Shown here: one piece after another, positions 1 to 13,585 of the stretch
Layout: every line of letters starts with the position of its first letter
Position numbering within the stretch: the first letter of the stretch is position 1
Assembly (NCBI RefSeq): GCF_963676685.1
Contig: NC_092356.1
Location: 40,548,001-40,612,000 of the forward strand
Source of the DNA: Mytilus edulis
Taxonomy: Eukaryota
Direction of reading: 5' to 3'
Length of the DNA stretch: 64,000 nt
Notes under the pieces: generated by a model
Seen by the model: the letters and a program-made list of their open reading frames with translations, nothing else
Told to the model about the DNA's origin: nothing
Database searches by the model: none
Translations under genes and position numbers: made by a program

Positions 1-284
1 TTATAAATTGTGATTGGATGGAGAGTTGTCACATTGGCACTCATACCACATCTTTCTATTAGATATAGGAAGATGTGGTGTGAGTGCTATATCTATATAA
101 CAGGCTTCTTGGGGACTATTGAGGTCATAAACCTATTATGCTTAAGTGATATGGTTGTTTGGAATTTTTATGCTCCATTTTTATGCCCCATTTATGGGCA
201 TTATGTTTTCTGGTCTGTGCCTCCTTCCGTCCGTTCGGCCATCTGTCCTGTTTTAGATTAAAGTTTTTGGTCGAGGTAGTTTTT

Positions 285-3200
285 GGAAAGTTTGCTATAG
301 CTTGCTATAGCTACTTTCCTTAGGCGTCGGCCTTAACTTCCGGTGAGACAGACTATCGCAATGTTCTGCTCCAAGATAATGTAGTACTAGTGTTCGAATT
401 CTGATTCTTTGATATTTTGAGTTGCTACTCTTTTTAAAAGATTACAGCTTGAATAAAAAAGGAATGAATGTTCACCGACAATTCAGATGAATTTAACTTC
501 ATTTTAAAAATAAATATCACAAACACTACTTTGCGGATCGGCCATTGGCTGAAGAGGAAATCAAAAGAAATCTATGCGAGACAGCGTTTCATTCACAAAT
601 ATTTCATGAATGAACATTTACCCGCACTATTTTTTACTATGTACGATATTTACAGCTATTTATTATTGAATAAGTAAAAGACCGAGTGTACTGAAAGAGT
701 CCGGTATGGTATGCGAGTACAAGTTGATATTTGACCAAGTTGTCGGATAATTGACAAGTGATAATGGTTTGATTTATTTTAACAATACACAGGTGATAGA
801 ATATAAAATAATCGATAATTATATGGCTTATGTCTCACGCCAAGGACGAGTAAAGGGAAATACCGGCTTTAATAGAAAAGTGCATCGTTTTTGTCAAACT
901 GACATCGATCTGAAAGTTTAGTATCATAGCATCCGTGTAATTTAAAAGCAACCTAGTCACCATATCAAGACTGAGATCAAGCTAAAGACAAGTGCTGTAG
1001 AAATTATTAAAATGATTTAATAACATTTTTACATGTTACTGACATGTACTAGCAAAATGGCTTTCTTAGTGCTTAACAATGCAATGGCGGATTTTGAATT
1101 TTTTATCCTCACACTTTATTCCTGGGGCAGTATGATTCTTTAAGATTGACCTATAATTAACTATGTGTCGTCCTTACACAGAGGCAATGATTACTAGTAT
1201 ATCCAATAAATGGCTTAAAACAAAAATCTCAAATATCATTACCTCAATGGTACTTACACAGCAGCAACTAAAATGTGTTACATGGTTATAAGCCAGGGCC
1301 GTAACTTCATTGAGGCAAATGAGGCAAATGCCTCATGTTGGAAATTTCAAAAAAACGGAAACAAAATATTGTCTTTATATCAAATTGTTTTCACTGAAGG
1401 TCTCTCGCAAGAAGCACATTTTCTTTACTATCTGTTGTTGCCCCTGCATGTTTTCGTGAACCATGTTTCTATTTTACTTTTAGTTTTCAGAGTAGATGGT
1501 CTATTGTTTGTACTTCTGTGTCCCGGGGTTTTCTTTTGTTTGTACTTCCGTGTCTCGGGTTTGTCTTTTGTTCATTTATTGTCCTACTTTATGACTATAG
1601 TCTGAGTGTTGATTTTCATTTGTAAGCGTTTGGTTTTGCAATGTTGCATGTCCACCGCTGTCCAGACATTGTTTGAGAAAATATTTTAAGACTATACGAT
1701 GCTATACTGGACACAGCAAAAAAAAATGTCGTTTCTGCATGGAGAATTGAACTTGATATCAAAGAAAACTGGCTCTTTTTGTAGAAAAAAATAGATAGCT
1801 GACATGGTTTAAATTAAAGTAAGACCTCTAATTTCCCCGTATCAAGTCATCTATATAATTTGAATTATAAAAACATCAATGCATTGCAATATGACCTTTT
1901 ACATTGAAGGGTTAAACTTGCATTAAGTTCAGACCCTTTAACAGAAAATAAAGGAACATGGAGTAAGCGTGCATGCACGGAACCCAATCTCACACAAAGT
2001 CAATGCATAGAAACAAATACAATGATCAATGGTCAAAGTTTTTATTCTTGTTCTTCATCTTGATAGTTACTGGAGGGTCTTCAACAATAAAAGAATCATT
2101 AATACCGTAAAACAAGGTCAAGATGGTCCTTAGTGACGACTTTTCAGTACTAGTATAATTATAATACTGCACTGTCACTATATTTAAATCTAGTAAAAAA
2201 AATAATAAAAAAGTCTAAGCACTATACAAGACAACAACAGATCGACAGACAGATCCGGTTTTAATGATTATGAGATTATGAGATTTACGATTTTTGCTTT
2301 ATCCTACATATCAGTCTAATTTTAATGTTGTCCCTGTAAAACCTAAAAGTCTAAAATTACAATTAATCTATGTTTTAGTTTTGAGACCAGAATATTGTCG
2401 AAAAAATAGCTAAAAATTAGTTGCGTTTCAATGTAAAAAAAAGTCCGGGAAACGCTCAGATGCACGATTTTTGCGTTATTTTTCTCGAGGATCAGACCCC
2501 TCGCAAAAATATATTTTGCCTCACTATTAAAAGAGGCTAGTTACGACCCTGTAAGCACATCAGATCAACATTGTATGAATCTAGTGTATATAAACTTTTT
2601 ATTCCTGAGGTCATACTACTATTTTTATGCCCCCACCATATTGAGTTATCATCCTTGTTTTTTCTGTAAGTATGTGCATCCCGTACTTGTACGTACGTCC
2701 ATACATCCCAAAATTGATTTCTGTTCTCTTACATTAGTTTGCCTGTACCAAATTTTATGAAACTTATACGCAATGCTTATAGTAACCACAAAACACAAGT
2801 CAAGTTTGAATTTTGTTGGCGTCACTTTTACCATTCTAGATGTAATGGGGTGAAATTTTCAGTATATCATATCAAGTATATATACCCTTATATACAAGTT
2901 TGACTTGTAGCTTTCTTCGGTTATACATTTATCAGGTGAACATAATACGGTCTTTAGATTTGGAAGTATAGATATATAAATCATGAATGTGTCCATAGTA
3001 CACGCATGCCCCATCTGCACTATCATTTTCTATGTTCAGTGGACCGTAAAAATGGAATCCGATACCGATACCAATAGTATATTCACCTGTAAAAATGTAT
3101 ATTTTAGCATTATGTTTCTCGCAAATTTAGTAGTGCGTTTACAAAACGTCATAATGAAACGGAACCTCAGGGAAGATTAGTTATATAGTAATATGTTACC

Positions 3201-3957
3201 TATTACCTTATCTGTACGTTTCTCATCTTTTGACACTATTAAATAAATTCAATCATTGTCAAATTGTTCCCTGTTGTTGTATTTTAAGCAGTAAGACTTT
3301 CTAAGATGACAATACGAATACTAAAAATCTGGACTTAAAATAAGGAATATAGGTACAGTTTTCAATTTGTTAGCGGGCATGACATAAAACAGTGAATCAA
3401 AGAATTCAACTTTATTTATAACTAAATTAACAAATATAGGACAATGCTGTTGATTAAAAAATACTCCATTCCAAACCTTCCGAATGATTAATATTACCAA
3501 TAATTGATAAGTTTCAGGTCGACGGGTTCAAACAGAAAGATTTTGAAGGCAGAGAAAACTGTGCATCTTATAATCGGCATAACTTTATCAGATGACAATC
3601 CCAATACTAAAATAAGGCTCACGCATAGTTATATACTTTAATTCAGTCACGGACCCGCAATATCACGGGTGTGTTTTAAGTTTCAAATTGATTGGACTTC
3701 AACTTCATCAAAAACTACCTCGACCAAAAACTTGAACCTGAATGGGACAGACAGAGGAACGGACGCAGACCAAAAAACATAATGCTCATAAATGAGGCAT
3801 AAAAAGTGATTTTTGGAAATTGCTGGCGAGACAATGGATTAGTTTGAAAAATCAAAACTGTGATTAAATACATATTTGAAACAATACACGTCTATAACCT
3901 ATTTGAAATAATACACATATACAGTTGCAAACTTTCCAGAGGTGCTATCCAGCACTT
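285..3957 (+). mobile_element. Non-autonomous Helentron-like element carrying nested repeats
   Basis: Inverted repeat ggaaagtttgc (285-295) / gcaaactttcc (3927-3937), then a 3' hairpin gtgct-atcc-agcac (3942-3955); inserted in a T run without a TSD. Confidence 0.55.
1294..2551. mobile_element. Non-autonomous hAT-like DNA transposon with 5-bp TSD
   Basis: TIRs cagggccgtaact / agttacgaccctg (1 mismatch), subterminal tgaggcaaa motifs at both ends, flanking TAAGC duplication at 1289-1293 and 2552-2556. Confidence 0.8.
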
Positions 3958-4156
3958 TGATTGATGAAGTTGAAGTCCAATCAACTTGAAACTAAGTACA
4001 CATGTTCCCTATGATATGATCTTTCTAATTTAAATGCCAAATTATAGTTTTTAACCCATTTTCACAGTCCACTGAACATAGACAATGATAGTGCGGATGA
4101 GGCATCCCTGTACTATGGACACATTCTTGTTGTTAATACTTTTTTACATTTTTCAG

Positions 4157-4354
4157 GAATTACTGTTCTTTGTTCTTCCATTGGTTAATTTTCAACGTGT
4201 GAAGAATTATTTGTCTAGGAAGGTACTACCAAAGGACATGTCTAGTCAATCTATGTCAAAGAGAAATTTGACAGGATGTGGAATCTGTGGAGAGTGGCCG
4301 ACAAATCCACAGGAAATTGGATGTGCACATGTCTTCTGTTACTATTGTATACAG
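4157..4354 (+). CDS. PEX2: Peroxisome biogenesis factor 2 (RING peroxin), penultimate coding exon
   Basis: tttcag acceptor ends at 4156, CAG|GTAGTA donor at 4355; 66 codons, phase 0. Encodes ELLFFVLPLVNFQRVKNYL...CGICGEWPTNPQEIGCAHVFCYYCIQ, the end of the Pex2/Pex12 domain plus the first part of the PEX2-type RING (CxxCGEWPT...GCxHVFCYYC). Upstream exons lie outside the window. Confidence 0.9.
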
Positions 4355-4706
4355 GTAGTAAATGACATTTAATAGTTACCAGTCTTGTATTACAACTCAA
4401 GTTTCCGGTGCCTGTCAAAACATGGAGGGAAACAAAATAGTCCATTTTTTTCTGTTTGAAGTTTATACGACAATAAAATATTCGATTTGATTTGATTAAA
4501 TTATAGGTTTCAGTTGAATTGAAACATATATATATAGATTTAAAAAAATCTTGCAACTTTTAGGGGATATCAATCCAGGAAAGTGGAAGGATATCATGTT
4601 TACTGGAAGTGGTGCGGCCTAGTAAAAACAGCAAACAGAAAGTAGGAAAAAAAAATTTTGACCCCAGGGTTATGTAACTTTTTATTCTTCGTGGCATGAC
4701 CCTTTT

Positions 4707-6472
4707 TTAGCTCACCTGGCCTAAAAGGCCAAGTGAGCTTTTCTCATCACTTGGCGTCCGGCGTCGTCGTTAACTTTTACAAAAATCTTCTCCTCTGAAA
4801 CTACTGGGCCAAATTAAACCAAACTTGGCCACAATCATCATTGGGGTATCTAGTTTAAAAAATGTGTCCGGTGGCCCGGCCAACCATCCAAGATGGCCGC
4901 CATGGCTAAAAATAGAACATAGGGGTAAAATGCAGTTTTTGGCTTATAACTCAAAAACCAAAGCATTTAGAGCAAATCTGACAGGGGTAGAATTGTTAAA
5001 CAGGTGAAGATCTATCTGCCCTGAAATTTTCAGATGAATCGGATAACCCGTTGTTGGGTTGCTGCCCCTGAATTAGTAATTTTAAGTAAATTTTGCTGTT
5101 TTTGGTTATTATCTTGAATATTATTATAGATAGAGATAAACTGTAAACAGCAATAATGTTCAGCAAAGTAAGATCTACAAAAAAGTCAACATGATTGAAA
5201 TGGTCAGTTGACCACTTTAGGAGTTATTGCCCTTTATAGTCAATTTTTAACCATTTTTCGTAAATCTTAGTAATCTTTTAGAAAAATCTTCTCCTCTGAA
5301 ACTACTGTGCCAAATTTAACCAAACTTGGCCATAATCATCATTGGGGTATTTAGTTAAAAAAATGTGTCCGGTGACCCGGCCAACCAACCAAGATGGCCG
5401 CCATGGCTAAAAATAGAACATAGGGGTAAAATGCAGTTTTTGGCTTATAACTCAAAAACCAAAGCATTTAGATCAAATCTGACAGGTGTAAAATTAATTA
5501 TCAGGTCAAGATCTATCTGCCCTGGAATTTTCAGATGAATCGGACATTTCGTTGTTGGTTTGCTGTCCCTGAAATGGTAATTTTAAGGAAATTTTGCTGT
5601 TTTTGGTTATTATCTTGAATATTATTATAGATAGAGATAAACTGTAAACAGCAATAATGTTCAGCAAAGTAAGATCTACAAATAAGTCAACATGACCAAA
5701 ATGGTCAGTTGACCACTTTAGGAGTTATTGCCCTTTATAGTCAATTTTTAACCATTTTTCATAAATCTTAGTAATCTTTTAGAAAAATCTTCTCCTCTGA
5801 AACTACTGGGCCAAATTTAACCAAACTTAGCCATAATCATCATTGGGGTATCTAGTTAAAAAAATGTGTCCGGTAACTCGGCCAACAAACCAAGATGGCG
5901 CTATGGCTAAAAATAGAACATGGAGGTAAAATGCAGTTTTTGGCTTATAACTCAAAAACCAAAGCATTAAGAGCAAATCTGACAGGAAGTAAAATTGTTG
6001 ATCGGGTCACGATCTATCTGCCCTGGAATTTTCAGATGAATCGGATAATCGGTTGTTAGGTTGCTGCCCCTGAATTGGTAATTTTGAGGAAATTTTGCTG
6101 TTTTTTTGTTATTATCTTGAATATTATTATAGATAGAGATAAACTGTAAACAACAATAATGTACAGCAAAGTAAGAACTAAAAATAAGTCATTATGACCA
6201 AAATAGTCAATTGACCCCCTAAGGAGTTATTGCCCTTCATAGTCAATTTTTAACAATTTTCTTAAAATTTGAAGATTTTCAATAACATTTTCCACAGAAA
6301 GTACTGTTATAGATAGAGATAATTGTAAGCAGCAAGAATGTTTAGTAAAGTAAGATCTACAAACACATCACCATCATAAAAACACAATTTTGTCATGAAT
6401 CCATCTGTGTCCATTGTTTAATATTCACATAGACCAAGGTGAGCGACACAGGCTCTTTAGAGCCTCTAGTTT
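4707..6472 (+). mobile_element. HINE-type element with three internal ~501-bp tandem units, in the PEX2 last intron
   Basis: Starts ttagctcacctggcc...ggcc; units start at 4781, 5282, 5783 (aaaaatcttctcctctgaaactactg); ends ggtgagcgacac-aggctc-ttta-gagcct-ctagtt (subTIR plus 3' hairpin). Confidence 0.8.
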
Positions 6473-6756
6473 TCGATTAAATCATAATTTCACATTAGTA
6501 CATACATGATATGAACATGAAATAAAATTTCTATATAGCATTTTTTATTTTTTTATTTTCAAAGATCAGCTGTTTTGCATGTAAACCTATGGAGCAGTCA
6601 ATTACAAGACTGCAACCTGCAATTATCAGCCATATAAAGACCTATAATGCTAATGTTTTGAAGATATAGTACTGTGGATTCATTAATATTTATTGGATAC
6701 CAATTTTCGTGGATTTTGTGGAAACTTGGGAATCTAAATGGTCAACAAAATACTAG

Positions 6757-7835
6757 TTTTTGTCGAGCCTGCAACTTTTGTTGCAGAAAGCTCGACATAG
6801 GGATAGTGATCCGGCGGCGGTGTTAGCTCACTTCTTAAAAGCTATATATTTTAGAAGGTGGAAGACCTGGATGCTTTATATTTTGTATATAGATGCCTCA
6901 TGTTATGAAGTTTCCGTCAGTCACATGTCCAATGTCCTTGACCTCATTTTCATGGTTCAGTGACCACTTGAAAAAAAAGTTCAGAATTTTTGTAACGTTG
7001 AATTCTCTCTTATTATAAGTAATAGGATAACTATATTTGGTATGTGCGTACCTTGCAAGGTCCTCATGGCCGTCAGACAGTTTTCACTTGACCTCGACCT
7101 CATTTCATGGATCAGTGAACAAGGTTAAGTTTTGGTGGTCAAGTCCATATCTCAGATACTATAAGCAATAGGGCTAGTATATTTGGTGTATGGAAGGACT
7201 GGAAGGTGTACATGTCCAACTGGCAGGTGTCATCTGACCTTGACCTCATTTTCATGGTTCAGTGGTTATAGTTAAGTTTTTGTGTTTTGGTCTGTTTTTC
7301 TCATACTTTATGCAATAGGTCTACTATATTTGTTGTATGGAATGATTGTAAGGTGTACATGTCTAGCGGGCAGATGTCATCTGACCTTGACCTCATTTTC
7401 ATGGTTCAGTGGTCAAAGTTAAGTTTTTAAGTTTTGATCTTTTTATCTAATATTATATGCCAAAGGTCAACTATATTTGGTGTATGGAAATATATTATGA
7501 TCTATATGTCAGTCCCGCAGGTTTTATTTGACCATGACCTCAATTGCATGGTTCATTGGACAGTGTTAAGTTTTTGTGTTTTGGTCTATTTTTCTTAAAC
7601 TATAAGTAATAGGTCAACTATATTTGTTGTATGGAAGCATTGTTAGCTGTACATTTCTGCCTGGCATGGTTCATCTGACCTTGACCTCATTTTCATGGTT
7701 CATTGGTCTTTGTTTAACTATCTTGTTTAATGTTAAGTTTATGTGACAGTTGTAATAACGCTTTATACTTAGGACTATCAACATAATATCAATGATTAGT
7801 AAAGAAGGCGAGACATTTCAGTGTGTACACTCTGT
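6757..7835 (+). mobile_element. HINE-type element with ~148-bp internal tandem units, in the PEX2 last intron
   Basis: 5' tgtcgagc...gctcgaca inverted repeat; ~6 units with core gaccttgacctcattttcatggttca; 3' ggcgagaca plus short hairpin. Inverted degenerate family members at ~13590-14390 and ~36300-36950. Confidence 0.75.
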
Positions 7836-8501
7836 CTAAAGGAATGTATGCAGACTTTGCCAAAACCATGAATTTAAATATCCTAGAATATGCTAGTTTT
7901 CCTCAATTCAAAAAATTGGTACCCACGAAAATAAGTGAATCCAAAGTACCAAAAAGATATAGCAATTGCAATAACCTTTTTGGATGAAAACAATATTTAC
8001 AAGTTTAAAGTCAAAATCAAAAATTATATCGGTTTAGAAAAAAAAACACAGTAAGATTATGAAATAAGATGTATTAATTTAATCTTGCAATATTGTATGA
8101 CAAAAGTCAAACACAAGTTTCCATTAAAAACTTACAAGAAATTAGATATTTTATTTCTTATCTGAAACGTGAAATAGTGTACAAATTGGACAATCTAAGC
8201 TAAACACTTTAGTAAATTTACCAGGTGGGAAAATCAGGCTCATAGAAGCCTCTAGTAGTCGTCCATCACCAATGATTTGTTTTGTTTTTACATAATTTTA
8301 CATTCACTATTAACATATGACTGATAAATTTTGCTTTAACAGTAGTAGAGTACTGCTACAGTTGTTATAAAGTTAGGTTTAATGCTGAAATTAATGTTTC
8401 ATAGGTATAGCGAAAAGAATAACCCAGGACTTGTCCAGTTTCTAAAGGCCTGTCAAGATGAGACTTATTTTAAGTATAACTCATTTATTCATGTATTTCA
8501 G

Positions 8502-8606
8502 AGTAACTACAAGGCAGATCCTGGTTACTGTTGTCCACTCTGTGGTATCAATATACCTGACCTGTCAACCATACAGCATCTGAAAATGGATATCAATCTG
8601 ACATGA
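8502..8606 (+). CDS. PEX2: PEX2 terminal coding exon
   Basis: atttcag acceptor ends at 8501, phase 0; SNYKADPGYCCPLCGINIPDLSTIQHLKMDINLT-stop supplies the last CxxC of the RING begun in the previous exon. Confidence 0.85.
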   Translation, partial: SNYKADPGYCCPLCGINIPDLSTIQHLKMDINLT

Positions 8607-9081
8607 CCATAGTGTGTAACATTGATAATAATCAGATGAAGTTTGATATTCCTACAAGGAACAAAGTTTTAATTCACAAACACAAAACATCAAAGATTTG
8701 ATATAAAACTCCTGGTGATACCAGGGGAAGAATTGTGATACGTAAATCCTGGTTACACCAGATATAAACTGTGATGACTGTGATGATTAAGATGGTGATA
8801 TAATGGTGTTCAAATTTTATAAAGTTGATTTAACATTAAAATATTGAAAAGTGGGATTTTGGTTATCCTTTTATTTACTTCAGGTTGAATGATTAAATTA
8901 TGAAAAATAGATGTGGTTATATATCATACTATCTTAAGAGCTGTGTGAATTACTTGTTTAATAGTTGCAATAGGCCCATGATAGTCAAAAGCCAGAAGAA
9001 AATCCATATGACAGTACGATAGAGTCAACTAAATATGACGACAAACAAACCTACAAAGTATGAAAGCTTTATTTTTAATAT

Positions 9082-9778
9082 CTATACTATTAAATGAGGA
9101 GACCTGATTCTGTGTGTCCCATCTCTTGCATCCTCAATAAATTAATCATCATGCCTCTGTGTCCTATAGGTACCATGCATAGTCGCATTTATCATCCTTG
9201 CTTATGATTATTCCGTATGGGTTTATTTTGGGAGGAAAACCAAAAAAAAAGGCATCTGGATATTGTTTCCGTTATTGGATGGAATTTTAAGTCAGACTAG
9301 ACTTCTGGTTTGCGTTTTTCTTTATACTTTGAACATACATATACTATGAATAAAGTGTATTTGCTATCTGCTGTCATTTTTAAGTTTACTATGCATGCGT
9401 TTACTATGCATGCATTCACTATCCACGGCGGTCAAAGAGTTTTCTAAATAGAGAGGGTCTATATAACATATCAATGACCGCTGTGGATCGATTAGTAAAC
9501 TGAGAATTGATAGCAAAAAGCAAACACACTTTATTTATAGTAATGAATGTTCATAATAAACTAAATGTATGTTCATATAAAAATTAATAGAAAACAAAAA
9601 ATTGTGTATTTTGGAAAAAAAGGAGGGGGGTAGAAAAACATATTCTGTCCCTAAGTACCTATGACTTTTGATACCTTTCCTGAAATTCTCCAGTCGTTAA
9701 ATCTTTTACAAAAAATCATCCTACAACACTTTACATACTTTCAACCATGCTCTGAATGCCCACGGTAATATACTATGT
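9082..9778 (+). mobile_element. Probable non-autonomous Helitron remnant
   Basis: Begins a|tctatactattaaa (Helitron-type TC start after A); degenerate GC-rich 3' end near 9755-9778. Boundaries approximate. Confidence 0.4.
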
Positions 9779-9934
9779 ATAAATCATGCTTCTGTAGTGC
9801 AGTTACTGCGTCTGAGTTTGTTTAATAAAGTTGAACAGTGTTAAAGGAGTTGTGTTTTCAATGTGTTATTGTGGTACAATTGAATAATACTCTTCAAAGT
9901 ACTATAACTCGTGTAAAATCGTGCAATCAAAGTC

Positions 9935-11456
9935 GCAATACAGTGCCATCAACTTAAAAAAGTCATAATACATTATGGCCAACTTCATAAAATCACAATA
10001 CAGTATGGTCAATTTTACAAAATCCATTTTAAAAAATCATAATACAGTATGGTCAACTTCACAAAATCACAATACAGTATGGTCAATTTTACAAAATCAC
10101 AAAACAGTGTAGTCAACTTCACAAAATCACAATACAGAATGGTCACCTTCACAAAATCACAAAACAGTGTGGTCAACTTTACAAAATCACAATACAGCTT
10201 GGTCAACTTCACAAAATCACAATACAGTATGGTCTACTTCACAAAGTCATAATACATTATGACCTTCTTCACAAAATCACAATACAGTATGGCCTACTTC
10301 ATAAAATCACAATACAGTATGGTCTACTTCTTAAAATCAGGATACAGTACGGTCTAAATTACAAAATCACAATACCGTTTGGTAAACTTCACAAATCAAT
10401 ACATTATGGCCTACTTTACAAAATCATAGTACAGTATGGTAAACTTCACAAATCACAATACAGTATGGTCAACTTCACAAATCAATACAGTATGGCCTTC
10501 TTTACAAAATCATAATACAGTATGGTAAACTTCACAAATCATAATACAGTATGGTAAACTTCACAAATCATAATACATTATGACCTACTTCACAAAACCA
10601 CAATACAGTATGGTCAATTTCACAAAATCACAATACAGTATGGTCAACTTCACAAAGTCATAATACATTATGGCCTTCTTCACAAAATCACAATACAGTA
10701 TGGCCCACTTTACAAAATCACAATACAGTATGGTCAACTTCACAAAATCACAATACATTATGGTCAACTTCACAAAATCACAATACAGTATGGTCAACTT
10801 TACAAAATCACAATACATTATGGCCTACTTCACAAAATCACAATACCGTATGGTCAACTTCACAAAATCATAGTACAGTATGGTCAACTTCACAAAATCA
10901 CAATACAGTATATTCAACTTCACAAAATCACAATACAGTATGTTCAACTTCACAAAATCATAATGCAGTATGGTCAACTTCACAAAATCACAATACAGTA
11001 TGGTCAACTTCACAAAATCATAATGCAGTATGGTCAACTTCACAAAATCACAATACTGTATGGTCAACTTCACAAAATCACAATACAGTATGGTCAACTT
11101 CACAAAATCACAATACCGTATGGTCAACTTCACAAAATCACAATACAGTATGGTCAACTTCACAAAATCATAATGCAGTATGGTCAACTTCACAAAATCA
11201 CAATATAGTATGGTCAACTTCACAAAATCACAATACTGTATGGTCAACTTCACAAAATCACAATGCAGTATGGTCAACTTCACAAAATCATAATTCAGTA
11301 TGGTCAACTTCACAAAATCACAATACCGTATGGTCAACTTCACACAAAATCACAATACAGTATGGTCAACTTCACAAAATCACAATACAGTATGGTTAAC
11401 TTCACAAAATCATAATGCAGTATGGTCAACTTCACAAAATCATAATACATTATGGT
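9935..11456. repeat. 30-bp minisatellite, ~50 copies
   Basis: Consensus cacaaaatcacaatacagtatggtcaactt; produces the repetitive ORFs at 10015-11343. Confidence 0.97.
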
Positions 11457-11604
11457 ATGAGTATGTCAAATAGACTCAAATGAGCTACATTCCCAAAGTG
11501 TCATTAATGTACAATAGTAAAACAAAAGGTTAATGCACATCAAATGTCAAAAAAATTGTCAAATCAATACAACAAAACAGTATGATCAAGAGAACATCTT
11601 CTTA

Positions 11605-12300
11605 TTTTTAGATAAGTGAGCTTTTCTCATCACTTGGTGCTCGTCGTTTGTCGTCTTGGTCATCCATCATCGTTAACTTTTACAAAAATCTTCTCCTCTC
11701 AAAATACTGGGCCAAATTTAAGCAAACTTGGCAATAATCATCATTACACTATTTAGTTTTAAAAATGTGTCTGGTGACCTACCTGCTAACTAAGATGGCC
11801 GACATGGCTAAAAATAGCACATGGGGTAAAACTTTTGTCTTTTATTTTTATTATTTTGAAAACTGTAATGAATAGAGAAAATCTGAGTGTTCAAAATGAT
11901 CAGCCCTATCAGTTATCTATATTTGTCAAAACTGTCAGACAACTTCTTATAAAAGTTATAAAATGACATTTTTAACTATTTTTATTTTTTCATTTTGGCC
12001 TATTATCTTGAAAACTATAATAGATAGCAAGAAACTTTAAATGGTAAAAATGATCAGAGTGACAAATTCCACAAGTGAGTCTGAAAGTTGAAATTGTCAG
12101 TCAACTGTTTATTACAGTTATTGCCCTAAAATGACGATTTTCACCGATTTTTTAAAAGTTTTTGTCTTAAAATTATAATAGACAGACATTTTATCTAATA
12201 AAAAAAAATGTCAGCAAGGCAAGATTTACCAGCAAGTCAAATTTTGACGATATAGTTAGTAGACTGTCACTCTATATAGGAGTGATTGCCTTTAAATGAG
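11605..12300 (+). mobile_element. Degenerate copy of the 4707-6472 HINE family
   Basis: aagtgagcttttctcatcacttgg...ttaacttttacaaaaatcttctcctc...aagatggccgacatggctaaaaatag matches 4730-4930. Confidence 0.7.
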
Positions 12301-12414
12301 GCCTCTTCTAATGACTGAAAATGTAAATATTTTACAGTTCGTTGTGTAAAAGTTGGAAAACTGTTAAAGGAGGCAACGCCTCTGCATCTATGTTGTTCAA
12401 CAAAAACGTACCTA

Positions 12415-13285
12415 TGTTCCTGTACAATCCAAAAAATTGGCAAACCTGCAACTCTAGCTCCAGATTATCTTATATTCCTGTGTAATCCAAGAAAATGGCA
12501 AACCTGCAACTCTAGCAATAGATTATTTTATATTCCCGTGCAATCCAAGAAAATGGCAAACCTGCAACTCTAGCTCCAGATTATCTTATATTCCTGTGCA
12601 ATCCAAGAAAATGGCAAACCTGCAACTCTAGCACCAGATTATCTTATATTCCTGTGCAATCCAAGAAAATGGCAAACATGTAACTCTAGCTCCAGATTAT
12701 CTTATATTCTTGTGCAATCCAAGAAAATGGCAAACCTGCAACTCTAGCATCAGATTATCTCATATTCCCGTGCAATCCAAGTAAACGGCAAACCTGCAAC
12801 TCTAGCTCCAGATTATCTTATATTCCTGTGCAATCCAAGAAAATGGCAAACCTGCAACTCTAGCACCAGATTATCTTCTTTTTCCCGTGCAATCCAAGAA
12901 AATGGCAAACCTGCAACTCTAGCACCAGATTATCCTATATTCCTGTGCAATCCAAGAAAATGGCAAACCTGCAACTCTTGCTACAGATTATCTTATATTC
13001 ATGTGCAATTCAAGAAAATGGCATATCTGCAACTCAAGCTCCAGATTATTTTATATTCCTGTGCAATCCAAGAAAATGGCAAACCTGCAACTCTAGCACC
13101 AGATTATCCTATATTCCTGTGCAATTCAAGAAAATTGCATATCTGCAACTCAAGCTCCAGATTATTTTATATTCCTGTGCAATCCAAGAGAATGGCAAAC
13201 CTGCAACTCTAGCACCAGATTATCCTATATTCCTGTGCAATCCAAGAAAATGACAAATCTGCAACTCTAGCTCCAGATTATCTTC
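12415..13285. repeat. 58-bp minisatellite, ~15 copies
   Basis: Consensus caatccaagaaaatggcaaacctgcaactctagctccagattatcttatattcctgtg. Confidence 0.97.
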
Positions 13286-13464
13286 AGATAATACTGTTTA
13301 ACCATCAGTCAACAGAAGAACTCTTTCTCTGTCAATACTTGAAAACCCCAAAGTCTCATATATCTTGTAACATGAACAAAACTGAATTGAAGAAATTAAT
13401 TTGTAGGGCAAACTGGACAGTTTATTTTAAACGAAGGCAATAAAACCTCTACCGCTACAGCAGG

Positions 13465-13585
13465 TATAGGCTTTGCTCATTGTTGAAGGCCGTACGGTGA
13501 CATATAAGGGATAGTGTCTGTGTCATGTTGCTCTCTTGTGGAGAGTTGTCTCATTGGCAATCATACCATATCTTCTTTTTTTTAT
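13465..13585 (+). repeat. 3' portion of an abundant SINE-like interspersed repeat
   Basis: Tail ggagagttgtctcattggcaatcataccatatcttcttttt recurs at 1-60, ~34050-34365 and ~53270-53430; the 5' part of the family also occurs at ~55240-55400. Confidence 0.65.

Larger units (their letters stand above)
178..4131 (+). mobile_element. Helentron-associated non-autonomous element (HINE/DINE-1-like) split by a 3.7-kb nested insertion
   Basis: 5' part 178-284 (tttatgccccatttatgggcat...tccgtccg...gtcgaggtagttttt) resumes at ~3961 (ttgatgaagttgaagtccaatc...) and ends in a weak hairpin near 4110-4131. An uninterrupted inverted copy of this junction at ~3680-3805 shows the halves belong together. Confidence 0.55.

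Noticed and set aside
9935-13285. Regularly spaced repeats and repetitive ORFs (possible CRISPR array or repeat protein)
   Set aside because: Head-to-tail 30-bp and 58-bp units with no unique spacers and no cas genes; ORFs occur on both strands as by-products of the repeats.
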